Below, one piece after another: positions 40,815-52,020 of a DNA stretch of 64,000 bases. Source of the stretch: Lama glama (taxonomy: Eukaryota); contig CM052817.1 in NCBI GenBank assembly GCA_028534125.1, positions 100,070,001-100,134,000 on the forward strand. Direction: 5' to 3'. The notes under the pieces are model-generated. The model had not been told where the DNA came from. It saw nothing but the letters and a program-made list of their open reading frames with translations, and did no database searches. The position numbers were made by a program, and so were the translations under genes. Numbering within the stretch: position 1 is the first letter of the stretch; each line of letters starts with the position of its first letter.

Positions 40815-41170
40815 TGTAAGTCGTTTATGCAATGCACCAAATATTTCTATTCTCCTGATACACAAAAGAGGATTGTACTTCCTGGCCTCTTTTTGGTTGG
40901 ATGGGGCAATGGGATTAATTCTGGCCAATGACTTGAGGATGGAAGTAATATTTATAATTTCTGAGCCAGTGCATGTAATTGCCAGGAAAAGACTCCAGAA
41001 CCTTCATTCCCTTTTGGGATGTTGGCCTAGATCACTGAAGGTGGGAGGAGCAGAGCCCTCTGGCAACCTGTGATGAACGGTCAACAAGACTGAATTACTC
41101 TGTTTTGGCCACTGCAATTTGAGGGTTGTTTATTATCAGAGCATCACCTCACCCACCCTGTCTGATGTAT
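40815..41170 (+). mobile_element. Old MLT1 LTR
   Basis: TTCTGGCCAATGA..GGAAGT; ends GCCACTG..ATTTGAGGGTTGTTT.TTA..AGCATCACCT...CTGATGTA. Confidence 0.6.
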
Positions 41171-43135
41171 TAAGATCATCTCTCCGGTGATAGTTATCTG
41201 AGAACCAGATCTCAGGCAAATGAGGGTTTGGTTAGATGTAAAGGACAAACCGAAGTTAGATGCTGGTCATGGGGTTCCAAGAATGATGGTACCAAAAAGG
41301 GGAATAAGGTTGCATATGGAGGAAGTAGAGGGACCCTGAAGGCAAAAATGGAGCGATCTCTAGGGTTTCTCTAAGGTTGGTGACAGGAAAAAGATTTAGT
41401 GATCTCTGCCTAACACATGCCTCATGCCAGGTGCCTTGCAGCTGGTGTCCTGGTCAGGAGGGAACTCCCGTTACATGGGATGACAAGAAGGCAAGGTCTC
41501 CATCTCACCACCTCTGGAGAGGCTGGCTGCCACCACCAGTTCACTCCGGTCCACACTGATCATTCAGATCACGGACAACAACTGGGAGGAGACACTGCAG
41601 GGTCAGGAGAACTCAGCACAGCCCAATGCTGTGTAAGTGTCACGGCGTGTCCAAGGAGTGATTTCTAGCTTCCTGTAGATACTATTAGTGAAACTGCAAT
41701 ATCTGTTTCTAGGAACGCCTTTGCCAGGATCATTGTTTCCTGGTTTGAACTTTGAGGGGAGGAGGAGGGAGAAGTGGGTGCCCTCTGCCTCCCTCCTTCC
41801 CGTGTGAAGCCTGGAAAAGGAGCCTGCTGTTTAGAAATTTGCTTTGTTTTTAACTGGCGAGAGAAGGCTGGTGAGAACTTCTCCTTGTGTTATGATTTTG
41901 TGACTGTGTGAAGTCAATCTGCGAGCAGTTTCGGCTCTCCTGAGCTGTCAGTGACTGGGAGGCTTCAACTCCGATGAAAACCATGACTGAAAAAAATTAC
42001 CATCATCCAGGGACAGGCAGGAAGAAAAAGCCAGCATAATACTGAGGAGAAGGTAACTGTGAAGAGGCTATTATATTTAGCGCCTTATTTCAGCACATAG
42101 AAATCTCCTCAGGGTTGCTGTTGATGGAACCATTGCCTTGTTAATGGATGTGGTGGGGCTTTGACACCTGGGGGAGAAAGAGGTAAGAGGTGTGGCCACC
42201 TGGAGTAATGTGTTCTCTAGAAGTTCTGCTGGTGGCAGTGAATAGAAGCCATAGCTGCGTTCTCTGCTCTGAACCAGTGTGGTTAAGAGACCAGCAGGGA
42301 ACAGGACTCTAGGTTTTAGTTCAACAATCCAGCAAGTCCGGCGAACTGATGGAACCCCATCCAGCACCTCCCCTGAAGCCTCCCTCCGCGGAGTCCTCAA
42401 AAACATCCTTTGTTGTCCCTTTTGCCACCAGAGCCATCCTCTGTCCCCAGATCACCCAGAACATTTCTTTGCTACCTGCTCTACCCTGACTCTGGCCTCC
42501 GTGTAACACCACATCCTCTGGTCTCATTGACTTGGGGCCTTTCTAGGTGACTCCAGCTACTTGGTAAGCTCATCTGAGCTAAATTGTTAACGTTGCTAAT
42601 GATTTAAGGTGTTAGTCCTTCCAGCTCATCTATTTGCATCTTAACAGGGACCTTTCAGCTTGCAGCCAAAGGTGTTACTACTTAGAATCTAGGGCACACA
42701 ACCGAAGGCTGCTGGGGGGTGGCATTTGGGAACATGAATCTGTTTGGGGGACACTTTAATCACACCAGGTAAGTAGTGCATTCCTTCGCCCAGCCGTGCA
42801 GTTTTGCAACGCAGCCTCCTATTTGCATTCCGGGACTCTGCATCGCCCCAGTTCTTAGAATCAGATAAACGCCGCGTCTTTTAACCACCTTTTCTTTTAT
42901 TGAAGTCCTTCACACTGCACTGCTTGCTGGCCTTCTCTCTCCTGGCCTTACTGTAAGTGGGTTCCTCACAATACGTTTGAATACATTTTAGGGACGCACA
43001 GAAACCTGTCATTTAAATAATATAGGTAGTCCTGTGTCACAGTTCCATGTGGCTGAGAAACAGGAGTGACTCTGAAAGGGCAGGAAACTAACAAAATGGC
43101 CTCCCTGATGCTAAAGCTATTTGCTGATTCATTCT

Positions 43136-43279
43136 TTTTTAAAAAAAAATTTTTATTGAGTTACAGTCATTTTACAATGTTGTGTCAAATTCCAGTGTAG
43201 AGCACAATTTTTCAGGTATACATTGAACATACATATATTCATTGTCACACTTTTTTTCACTGTGAGCTACCACAAGATC
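43136..43279 (-). mobile_element. Severely 5'-truncated young L1 (144 bp)
   Basis: L1 3' terminus; perfect 14-bp TSD TGCTGATTCATTCT at 43122-43135 and 43280-43293. Confidence 0.88.
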
Positions 43280-44062
43280 TGCTGATTCATTCTGATTTAA
43301 AATTCTTACAACTTGTTTTACCCTGTTCTCTGACAAACCCCCACCTCTGCTTCACTTGCTCAACTGCTTTTGTGCTAAACAGCCCCCAACCCTCCTGTTA
43401 CACTCTCCACTCCCTAAACATTCTCTACCCAGAATAGCTTGTCCTTTAACCCAGAAGCTGGATTCCGGGAAGTGGTCACAGGCTGACAGCCTCAGAAGAA
43501 TGAACAGACCCTCCTGAGTTTCTCCATAATGGCATGACGTTTCTTGGATTCATCAAGATTAAGAGAAATACAGCACCCAGAAAACACCCCGACTGTTGTC
43601 GCCTTCCTGTTCCGTCAGGTTTTTCAGTAAAACCTCAGGATCCCAACCCCAAGACGGATTCACGGTCTCTGAGGCATCAGCCTGCTGTGACGCCCTTTCC
43701 CTGGCAAAGCAACAAAGCTGTTCTTCCCTAATTCTCCCAAAACTCTGCCTCCGAGTCTCAATTTGGCTATCGGGGCACAGAGGCTGGTTTTTTGGCAACA
43801 ACTCCACTGCTAGATTGGGAAGTGCCTCTGAGAAACAGAGCTGCTCTTTTGGAATAAAAATTTTGTCTAAGGACCCTCTCTATTTACCAACTATAGGTAT
43901 AATTAAGGTGAAACTTGGTTTTCACTTAGCATGGAAAGGACCCTGGGTGTGGTTTAGTCACGCGCACACATACATGGGATACTTCCTATGGTTAAGTCAT
44001 TTTATGTTAACAGCAAAGGGCTCTGTGGTAAGTGGAGGGAAAATTGACAATAAGTATCAAAA

Positions 44063-44320
44063 GTCACAGACAAAGAGAACAAATTAGTGGTTACCAGTGG
44101 GGAGAGGGAAGTCGGGAGGGCAGGATAGGGGCAGGGGATTAAGAGGTACAAACTATTATGTATAAAATAAATAAGCTGCAAGGATGTACTGTACAATGCA
44201 GGGAATATAGCCAGTATTTTGTAGTAACTATTAATGGATAGTTAAAAACTGTGAATCATTATTCACCTGTAATTTATGTAATATTGTACATCAACTATAC
44301 GTCAACAAAATTTTTTATAA
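44063..44320 (+). mobile_element. L1 3' UTR fragment
   Basis: GAGAACAAATTAGTGGTTACCAGTGGGGAGAGG...GGGAATATAGCCA...CAACTATAC typical of laurasiatherian L1 3' ends. Confidence 0.8.
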
Positions 44321-44617
44321 AGTACCAGAAGTCTTAAAATGTGCATATTCTTTGATTCAGCAGTTCTAAATCTGAAATTTATCCTAAGATATTAGAGGTG
44401 TTCATAAAGAATTATGCACAAGAACATATGAGGATATTAATCAGAGCACTTTTAATAGCAAAATACCAGAAATAATTCACATAACAATGGAGGATTAATG
44501 AATGGCTATAGTATTTATAAACTAGGGAACTAAAAATTAGCCATTAAAATTCCTATCTTGGGAAAATAATTGCATGGTAAAATGCTCACAATATATTTTT
44601 GGGTTAAAAATGTAGTT

Positions 44618-45394
44618 ATGGTGTTGGGAAAACTGGACAGCAGCATGTAAAACAATGAAGCTAGAACACACCCTTACACCATATACAAAAATCAACTCAA
44701 AATGGATTAAAGACTTAAACATAAGACAAGGTACAATAAACCTCCTAGAGGAAAACATANNNNNNNNNNNNNNNNNNNNNNNNNNNNNNNNNNNNNNNNN
44801 NNNNNNNNNNNNNNNNNNNNNNNNNNNNNNNNNNNNNNNNNNNNNNNNNNNNNNNNNNNNNNNNNNNNNNNNNNNNNNNNNNNNNNNNNNNNNNNNNNNN
44901 NNNNNNNNNNNNNNNNNNNNNNNNNNNNNNNNNNNNNNNNNNNNNNNNNNNNNNNNNNNNNNNNNNNNNNNNNNNNNNNNNNNNNNNNNNNNNNNNNNNN
45001 NNNNNNNNNNNNNNNNNNNNNNNNNNNNNNNNNNNNNNNNNNNNNNNNNNNNNNNNNNNNNNNNNNNNNNNNNNNNNNNNNNNNNNNNNNNNNNNNNNNN
45101 NNNNNNNNNNNNNNNNNNNNNNNNNNNNNNNNNNNNNNNNNNNNNNNNNNNNNNNNNNNNNNNNNNNNNNNNNNNNNNNNNNNNNNNNNNNNNNNNNNNN
45201 NNNNNNNNNNNNNNNNNNNNNNNNNNNNNNNNNNNNNNNNNNNNNNNNNNNNNNNNNNNAATGTTATGATAAATCACAGAGAAAAAAATGTGACAATGAG
45301 TGTGTATATGTCCATGAATGACTGAAAAATTGTGCTGAACACTGGAATTTGACACAACATTGTAAAATGATTATAAATCAATAAAAAATGTTAA
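44618..45394 (+). mobile_element. Young 5'-truncated L1 spanning the assembly gap
   Basis: ORF2 peptide [35 protein letters not shown] left of the gap; L1 3' end with AATAAA right of it; 12-bp TSD AAAAATGTAGTT at 44606-44617 and 45395-45406. Confidence 0.9.
44760..45259. other. Assembly gap (500 N)
   Basis: Run of N bases. Confidence 1.
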
Positions 45395-45576
45395 AAAAAT
45401 GTAGTTTATAAGAGATGGTGAGTTTAATCTAAGTTTTGTAAAATGTATGTAATATGGTATGGAACTATGTCCTATATTTACTTTTAGAAGCAAATATACT
45501 AAAATGTTTTTATCTGAGTGCTTCTATGAGTGATTTAAAATTTCTTCTTTATATTTCAGATTGTCAATGAGAGTTA

Positions 45577-45660
45577 TTACTCTTATAATCAGAAAAGGAT
45601 GATTTAAATAACAAGGATTTACTTTTATAATCAGAAAAGGGTTGTTTAAATAACAAGGAT
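45577..45660 (+). repeat. 42-bp tandem duplication (2 copies, 4 mismatches)
   Basis: TTACTCTTATAATCAGAAAAGGATGATTTAAATAACAAGGAT followed by TTACTTTTATAATCAGAAAAGGGTTGTTTAAATAACAAGGAT. Confidence 0.9.
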
Positions 45661-45830
45661 TTACTGTATAGCACAAAGAACTATATTCAATATCTTGCAA
45701 TAAACTATAATGGAAAAGAACAAAAAAAGATACATACATGTAAGTGTAGCCAAATCACTTTGATGTCTACCTGAAGCTAACACAATATTGTAAATCAATT
45801 ATACTTCAATTTTAAAAAAATTTTAAAAAG
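45648..45830 (+). mobile_element. Short L1 3' end
   Basis: AACAAGGATTTACTGTATAGCACA..GAACTATATTCAATATCTTG...TTGTAAATCAATTATACTTCAAT plus A tail. Confidence 0.8.
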
Positions 45831-46260
45831 AATGATCAAAGAAGATAAAACTGATTTATTCAAAAATTCAACACAGAAAACCTACCAAGGTATTAAGTAA
45901 CATGTAAGAAGGCTTGGAAAACTATGAGGAGCCTAACAAAGGTTGTTGGGACCGTGTGAGAGAACTCTGGTTTTGGAGTCCAGCAAAACTGGGTTGGATC
46001 CCTAGTTCTTCCTCTAAACTTGTGGTGTATTATTTAACCTAAGCTTTAATTTGCACTTCTGGACAAGGGGAACAATAAAACCCATCTTCTGGAGTTATCT
46101 TGAGGATTAATGAGGTGCATTCAAAAACAGTAGTTATTATTTTTCATGGCACAGTGTTACCAGGGGTCCTTCCCAATCCCCTCCGCCTCGTCCCTCTTAG
46201 TCTCCTATGACAGTCACACTGGCCCTCTTTGCCATCTCATTTATACTCACTAGCCATCGT

Positions 46261-46757
46261 TGTATTATATATGTTGTATTATTATTTAGCCATAACAAAG
46301 CTAACAAATCAGGTGATGACCGCCATTGAAAAGATGGCCTGTTTTACTCAGAGATCCCAAAAGGAGGGGCATGCCATGCTATGGGGGCCACATGGGAGAG
46401 TGCCAGGGTTAATCTGGGGGAGGGGAGCTTGGGTGAGAGTTTTATTGTGGTTTCTGTGTGAAGGAACAGGCAAGGCAGGGAAAGTAGACTTAGAATTAGC
46501 TAGTTTGAATGATTTCAGAGAGCTCTGGGGCAAAGGTGCTGTCCCTAGTTGTCTGGAACCTGGCTTGGGGTGAATAGTGGCCCAGAATATAAACACCCTA
46601 TAAAGGAGGTGGTTGAGGTATGGGATCTGGATGGGATGATTTGCATATGAAAAGCGTGGGGCCCTTTATTATCTCTAGGTGTTGGCTGTCCCAGGGAAGG
46701 GCAGTCCTTCTGGGGGCAGCATCAAAAATGACGAATAAACAAGATAGGACTAATATA
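46261..46757 (-). mobile_element. ERVL-class LTR (MER74-like)
   Basis: TGTATTAT...AAGCTAACA..TCAGG..GCCATTGAAAAGAT...GCTAGTTTGAAT.ATTTCAG recalled from the MER74/MER73 group. Confidence 0.6.
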
Positions 46758-46889
46758 GGATAGGTTGGGGCAAATTAGTGATTTTACCTTTTATCCCCTC
46801 TGTAAGGAAAAGGCTCAGAGCCTTGGCATATCACACAACCTTTGCCAACCTCTGTTCTACAGAATCGTAATTGTATTTGCTTTTTGACT

Positions 46890-47400
46890 GTCCATTCCTG
46901 TGTAACAAACCATGCCCCCAGCGTAGTGGCCAAAAACAACCACTTTCCTTGCTTATGATTCTGCCATTAGGGCTGAGCTTGACCAGGTGGTTATTTTGCT
47001 GGTCTCACCAATGGTCACTCACATGACTACATTTCGGCTCTCCAGGCAGCTCTGGGCTGGCTCAGCTGGGATACTGGCATGGCTGGGTCTCTCTCTTTCT
47101 GGACTCTCTCTCCCCCTCTTTCTCTCTCTGTCCTTGAGGGCTCAGGGACTCACCTTTTTCCAAATGATCTCTCCAGCTGAGAAGCCAGACATCTTACACA
47201 GCACTTCAGGGCTCCCAAGAATGCAGAAGTAAGAGTTTCCAGGTTTCATAGGGCTTAGCCCTGAAACAGGAGCAGCATCTCTTCCCCAACATTCTCTTGG
47301 TGGAAGCAAGTCACAGACCTAGCTCGGATTCAGTGGGAGGGAAGCTCACACGGCATGAATTCCAGGACGTGTGTGTATCAGGAAGAGTATTCTTTGGGTC
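46890..47400 (-). mobile_element. MLT1 LTR
   Basis: TGTGTAACAAACCA..CCCC..CGTAGTGGC..AAAACAAC; AAGCAAGTCACAG.CC.AGC.C.GATTCA. Confidence 0.65.
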
Positions 47401-48699
47401 CATCAATGTAATGGACCGTCAAGGGAGGTGAGGCAGAACATTCATTCTAGCAACCCTTTCAGAGCCCCTGAGACGGGGAAAGAAAGAGAATCTTAGAGCC
47501 ATGTCGCCCAAACCAGTGAGGACACTGTTATGCTGTTGATTCCCATCCACACGGGCTGCGTGAACGTTCTGGGCTTCCTCCTAAAGAAGTGACAAGATAA
47601 GGAACCATAATTGCTTTGTAGAGAAAAAAGCCTTGAAAAGGTAGGGGCCAATTTTCAATGAGAAGACCTGAGAGAATGAGATTCTGTTCTATTTTTAGAC
47701 AAAGTGTACTAGGTCACTACTGATCAAAGAGTCACTGGGAAGACTTGATGTGCAGACCAGACAGCCACTGGTTTGAAGTCTCATCAGCCAGTGAAAGAAT
47801 GTTTCTTTTGCTTTATAGGCTTTTAATAGAAGAAAGTGTTTTGTGAAACTGAATAATTTCTCTTTAAAGAAATAAAAGGAATCCTGGGAAGCAGTAAGAT
47901 CCATGAATCTTGCTAAATGCCAAGTTTCCACCCCGATTTTACTTTTTCTCAAAGAAAACAAAAAATCACCTAACTACCATTGTTGCTCTAAACCCCTGGG
48001 TTGGAATTTAGACTCTAGGGGTAGTTTGCTCAGCTGAGGTCTCTGAGCCTTTGTCATGTAAACGGATCTGCTTTCTAAAGTGCCTGGAACCAGCTCAGAC
48101 TCTCCCAACACAGCGCCCCTAACGGCAGAGGGGAAGAACGCATGCCTGGGCTCTGTCTAGTTCTAAATGCACCTGCAAACAGGTTTATTTGATATCTCTT
48201 TTTAATCTTTAACATTTATGCTAATTTTCCCTTCTCCATAATACATTCATAGTTGTTTTAAAATGAATTTGCTAAAGCATTCTCTCTCATTACTCATCCC
48301 AGGGCTGGCCAAGGGTATCTCTTTCCTTCTCTGGTTTCCTTCTAGTTACTCGACAATCATTCATTTTGTTTCAGGTTTGATTGTTATTTGGCAAAGATTA
48401 AATTTTTCCCCTTGACCTCCATGGGAAGAGTATACATTCTTGCCTCCATATTTTTCAATAAGTTCTGAATTCTGCTTCTAAATTTATCCCACCCTGCGTA
48501 GTCTCCCTCAGTTTTTAGGGTAAACTTTAGAGTTCTCTATCTTTATAGCTACTCTCCCATCATTGTTTTGTAGTTCTTTCTATTCAATCTCCTATTTCGA
48601 ATGTGATTTCTGTCTACTGATTGGATCCATGCTCAGAAGGCTTCCATGACTCCATCCTCATCAGTTTTTCTTTTACTTTACTAATTACTAATTTTTAGC

Positions 48700-49935
48700 T
48701 TCTTTGATAATTTCCCCTGCCTCGTTCATCCCCTAATCAGCTATATATCCAGGTTTCTGTTTTCAGCCCTTTCTATAGTTTTCCTGGCTAATCTTACCCA
48801 CTCCCATGAATTCTGTTATCAATTCTGTTTTTCTGATTATTCCTCACATTTTATCTATAAAGAGCGCAATCCCTTTATTTGAGGGCTGGACGCCTATTTT
48901 TATCAGCTCACTGGACATCTCCATGCGAAGGCCCTATGTCACTTCAAATTTAAGTGGATTCATTGTATCCTCCACAAAATCTGCTTCTCCTCCTGTCTCC
49001 CAGTCTTAACAGCACTATCCCTTCAGTTAGCCACATTCGGAACATTGAAGTTATCTGTGACACCGCCTCCTCATTTCCCAAGCCTGGTTACCAAAATCCT
49101 GTTGACTCAAACTCTAAAACATACCAAAAAACCCCTCTGTTTCTCTCTAGTCCAGGGTCACACCATCTCTTGCTTGGGCTTTTTCTTAGTTAGCTTGGGC
49201 TGCTACAACAAAATACCAATGATTGGGTGGCTTAAACAACAGACATTTATTTATTATAGTTTCAGAGGTTAGGAAGCCCAAGATGAAGGTACCAGTGGAT
49301 TTGATTCTTGGTGAGGGCCCCTTCCCAGCTTGCAGATGGCTTTCTCCCTGCTGCATCCTTAGATGGTGGAGAGAGCGCTCTGGTGTCTTTTCTTCTACTC
49401 ACATGGGTACTTGTTCCATCCTACAGGCTCCACCCTCATGAACTCATCTAAACCTAATTACCTCCCAAAGGCCCCACCTCCTAATATAAGCCCTTTGAGG
49501 GGTAGGGTTTCAACATACGAATTGGAGGGGACACATTCAGTGCACAGCAGGCTTTTCCACCGATATCCTAATTGGTCCCCGGACTTTCAGTCTCTCCACC
49601 CCTTTTCTACGCAGCTTCCAGGTGCATCTTTGTACAATGCAGAAATGGCACGTCACTCCCTCGTGCGACGCTTTCCAATACTCTCTGTACTATTTAGCCA
49701 TGGCATTTGCAGGAGGTCAGACTCAGGTCCCAACCCTTTCATTTAACTCCATTTCCAATAACCCCTCCTTTTCCCCACCCTCCCTTCCTTGCTTCCCTTG
49801 CTAATACTCTTTCTTCTGCCCGCATCTGCTTGGCAAGGCAAACACTACATGCTTTCTGATCCAGCTCAAATGTGATGGCTTTTGTGATGCCTCCTCCCCA
49901 GGCAGAATTAATCACTCCCTTGTCTGCTATTTATA
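48700..49935 (+). mobile_element. LINE-2 fragment interrupted by MLT1A
   Basis: CTGGACATCTCCA..., CCTAATTGGTC, CCAGCTCAAATGT; the L2 text continues on both sides of the MLT1A. Confidence 0.65.
49182..49549 (-). mobile_element. MLT1A/A0-like LTR
   Basis: TCTTAGT..GCTTGGGCTGCTA.AACAAAATACCA...CTCCACCCTCATGA..TCATCTAAACCTAATTACCTCCCAAAGGCCCCACCTCC...GGGGACACATTCAG..ACAGCA; ~368 bp. Confidence 0.85.
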
Positions 49936-49938
49936 GGT

Positions 49939-50460
49939 CAGTGGTTCTTGATGCTGGCTACATGTTAGAATCACCTGGTTCTCCAAAGGAGTTAAATGTA
50001 TATATAAAGTAAGAAATTCATTCACACAATTATAGAGCCTGACCAGTCCCAAGATCTGCGGTTAACAAGCTGGAGACCCAGGAGGCGCCAATGCTGTAGT
50101 TCCAATCTCAAGGTCAGCAGATTAAAGACCCAGAAAGAGTTGATGCTTCAGTTCAAGTTCAAAAAACAAAAAACAAAAAACAAAAAATAATGTCTCAGCA
50201 TGAAGGCTACCCGGCTGGAGGAATTCCCTCTTATTCAAAGGAGGATCAGACTTTTTGTTTTATTCAAAAAATACAGAAATAGCAGAATGATGTTTGATCA
50301 ACTATCCAGGTGGCCCAGTCATGTTAATAAATAAAATTAATCAGCACCCCTGGGGAACTATTAAAATATACTACTATGTCTGGCCCCATCTCAGGGGTTC
50401 TGACTTCATTGGCGAGGGGTAGAATCTGGGCATCAGTATATTTTAAACTTTCTCCTGCAG
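49939..50460. mobile_element. MER5A-like MITE interrupted by an MLT2 LTR remnant (~49978-50347, minus)
   Basis: CAGTGGTTCT...TTAGAATCACCTG, then MLT2 text (AGTCCCAAGATCTGC..CAAGCTGGAGACCCAGGA, GGCCCAGTCA.GTT.A.A.ATAAAATTAA), then MER5A resumes (GGGAAC..TTAAAA...TCTGACTTCATTGG..CTGGGCATCAGTAT). Confidence 0.7.
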
Positions 50461-51677
50461 CCAGAGGGGAAAAGCCAGGTAAATTACTCATATATTTGCC
50501 TCCAATAAATGGTAGGATCTTTGAGGACAGGGTATGGCCTTCCCCTACCTCACAGCCTGCCTCCATGGCAGGTAGCAGCAAATGCTGAACTGAAGCTTTG
50601 TGTTTAATTGAATCACACTGTAGCATAACTCTTCTAGGTTGAATAGTGTCCCCCCCAAAACTATTTGGGATCTCCCAAATCCAAGTGATGTTGTGAGTCT
50701 CTCGAACAATTTTTCTAGAAAGGACCATCTGAACTGGTCTCACTTTGCAAACCAGCCAGAGGTCCACTAGAAATGAACAAGCAGGCACTTGGCTTACAAG
50801 TTATCCTTTCTTCTGCAGAGCTTGATCAACCCAGGATTCAGTCATCAGATCACATTTCTGGGTCTGTGAAATTCAGGATGAGTCCATGGGCTTGGGTGCC
50901 CCTGTCAAGGTCACTGAGAGGCACGGCTTGCTCAGCCATCTGCCCCGCACCCCGTGAAGTCTCTTCAAATTAAACACCACACCCTGTGGTAAAATTGTTC
51001 CTACTCTATAAATAGCCAACTTGGCTTGAGTTGCACTGAAAATGCTACAGAGGAAGGGTGTCAGAGAGAAGAAAAAGGAAAGGCCACAGACTCAAGGGCA
51101 AATTTCTTGGTTGGATGACTCCAGTCTCTAAGGAATCCAAGAGCTCTCTGTGTAAAGGAGGTGTCCCTGGTGGGCTCTCCCCTGACAGCTCTTGTGACTT
51201 TCCGTTCTACGCTCTCATCCACTCAAGGGAATGTTTCCCTTTTCCTTCCGCGTTTTCTTTTTTCATGCTTGGCTTTATTTGGGGTCAGGAAATGGCTACG
51301 AGGTTAACTTAAGTACACAGGCCCCTCTCTGTGGCCTTGTGTACACTTAAATTTCAATCACATCATGATGGAATTAAAACAGAAACTGGCCACAGGCAAC
51401 ACATGGTTATTGGTGCTCTCTGCAGCCATGTTGTTATAGTATCATAATATAATTTTATGACCGGCTGGTCTACAATTTTATAGGGCTGCTGCAAACCTCA
51501 CATCTGCTCCCAGAATTGGGGGGCTGGAGCCTCCCAACTTCCCTCTCCTGTTTCTGTACTATTTTCTCTGACTTTTCTGCCCCAGCCCTGACCCAGGGCT
51601 CCCTCCTCCTGCTAGCCGACTCCTTGTGGCCGTCACCACTCCAGGATCAGTCCATTTCTGCCAAAGCTTCTCAGCCT

Positions 51678-51820
51678 GTTTTGTTTTTTTCTTTTTTGGG
51701 GGGTGGGGTGGGGAAGTAATTAGATTTGTTTATTTATTTTTAGAGGAGGTACTGGGGACTGAACCCAGGGCTTCATGCATGCTAAGCATGCGCTCTACCA
51801 CTTGAGCTATACCCTCCCCC
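51678..51820 (-). mobile_element. vic-1-like SINE
   Basis: Same head, linker and tail structure as the other copies. Confidence 0.88.
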
Positions 51821-51828
51821 TTGACCTT

Positions 51829-51848
51829 TGTGTGTGTGTGTGTGTGTG
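51829..51848. repeat. (TG)n microsatellite
   Basis: About 10 TG units between the SINE head and the L1 tail. Confidence 0.9.
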
Positions 51849-51849
51849 T

Positions 51850-52020
51850 TTTTAAATTGAAGTATGTCAGTTTACAATGTTGTGTCAATTTCTGGTGTAC
51901 AGCACGATGCTCAGTCATACATGAGGTATACATGTATTCGTTTTCATATTCTTTTTCACCTTAAGCTACTACAAGATATCGAGTATAGTTCCCTGTGTTG
52001 TACAGTATGAACTTGTTTTA
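51850..52020 (-). mobile_element. Short L1 3' end
   Basis: ATTGAAGTA.GTCAGTTTACAATGTTGTGTCAATTTCTGGTGTACAGCA...TATAGTTCCCTGTG. Confidence 0.8.

Noticed and set aside
44537..45355. Longest ORFs in the track (272 and 204 aa)
   Set aside because: Artefacts of translating through the N gap; real residues are L1.
48111..48128. CTCF-like CAGCGCCCCTAACGGCAG
   Set aside because: One base short of the core spacing and lacks a conserved G; too weak without a PWM scan.
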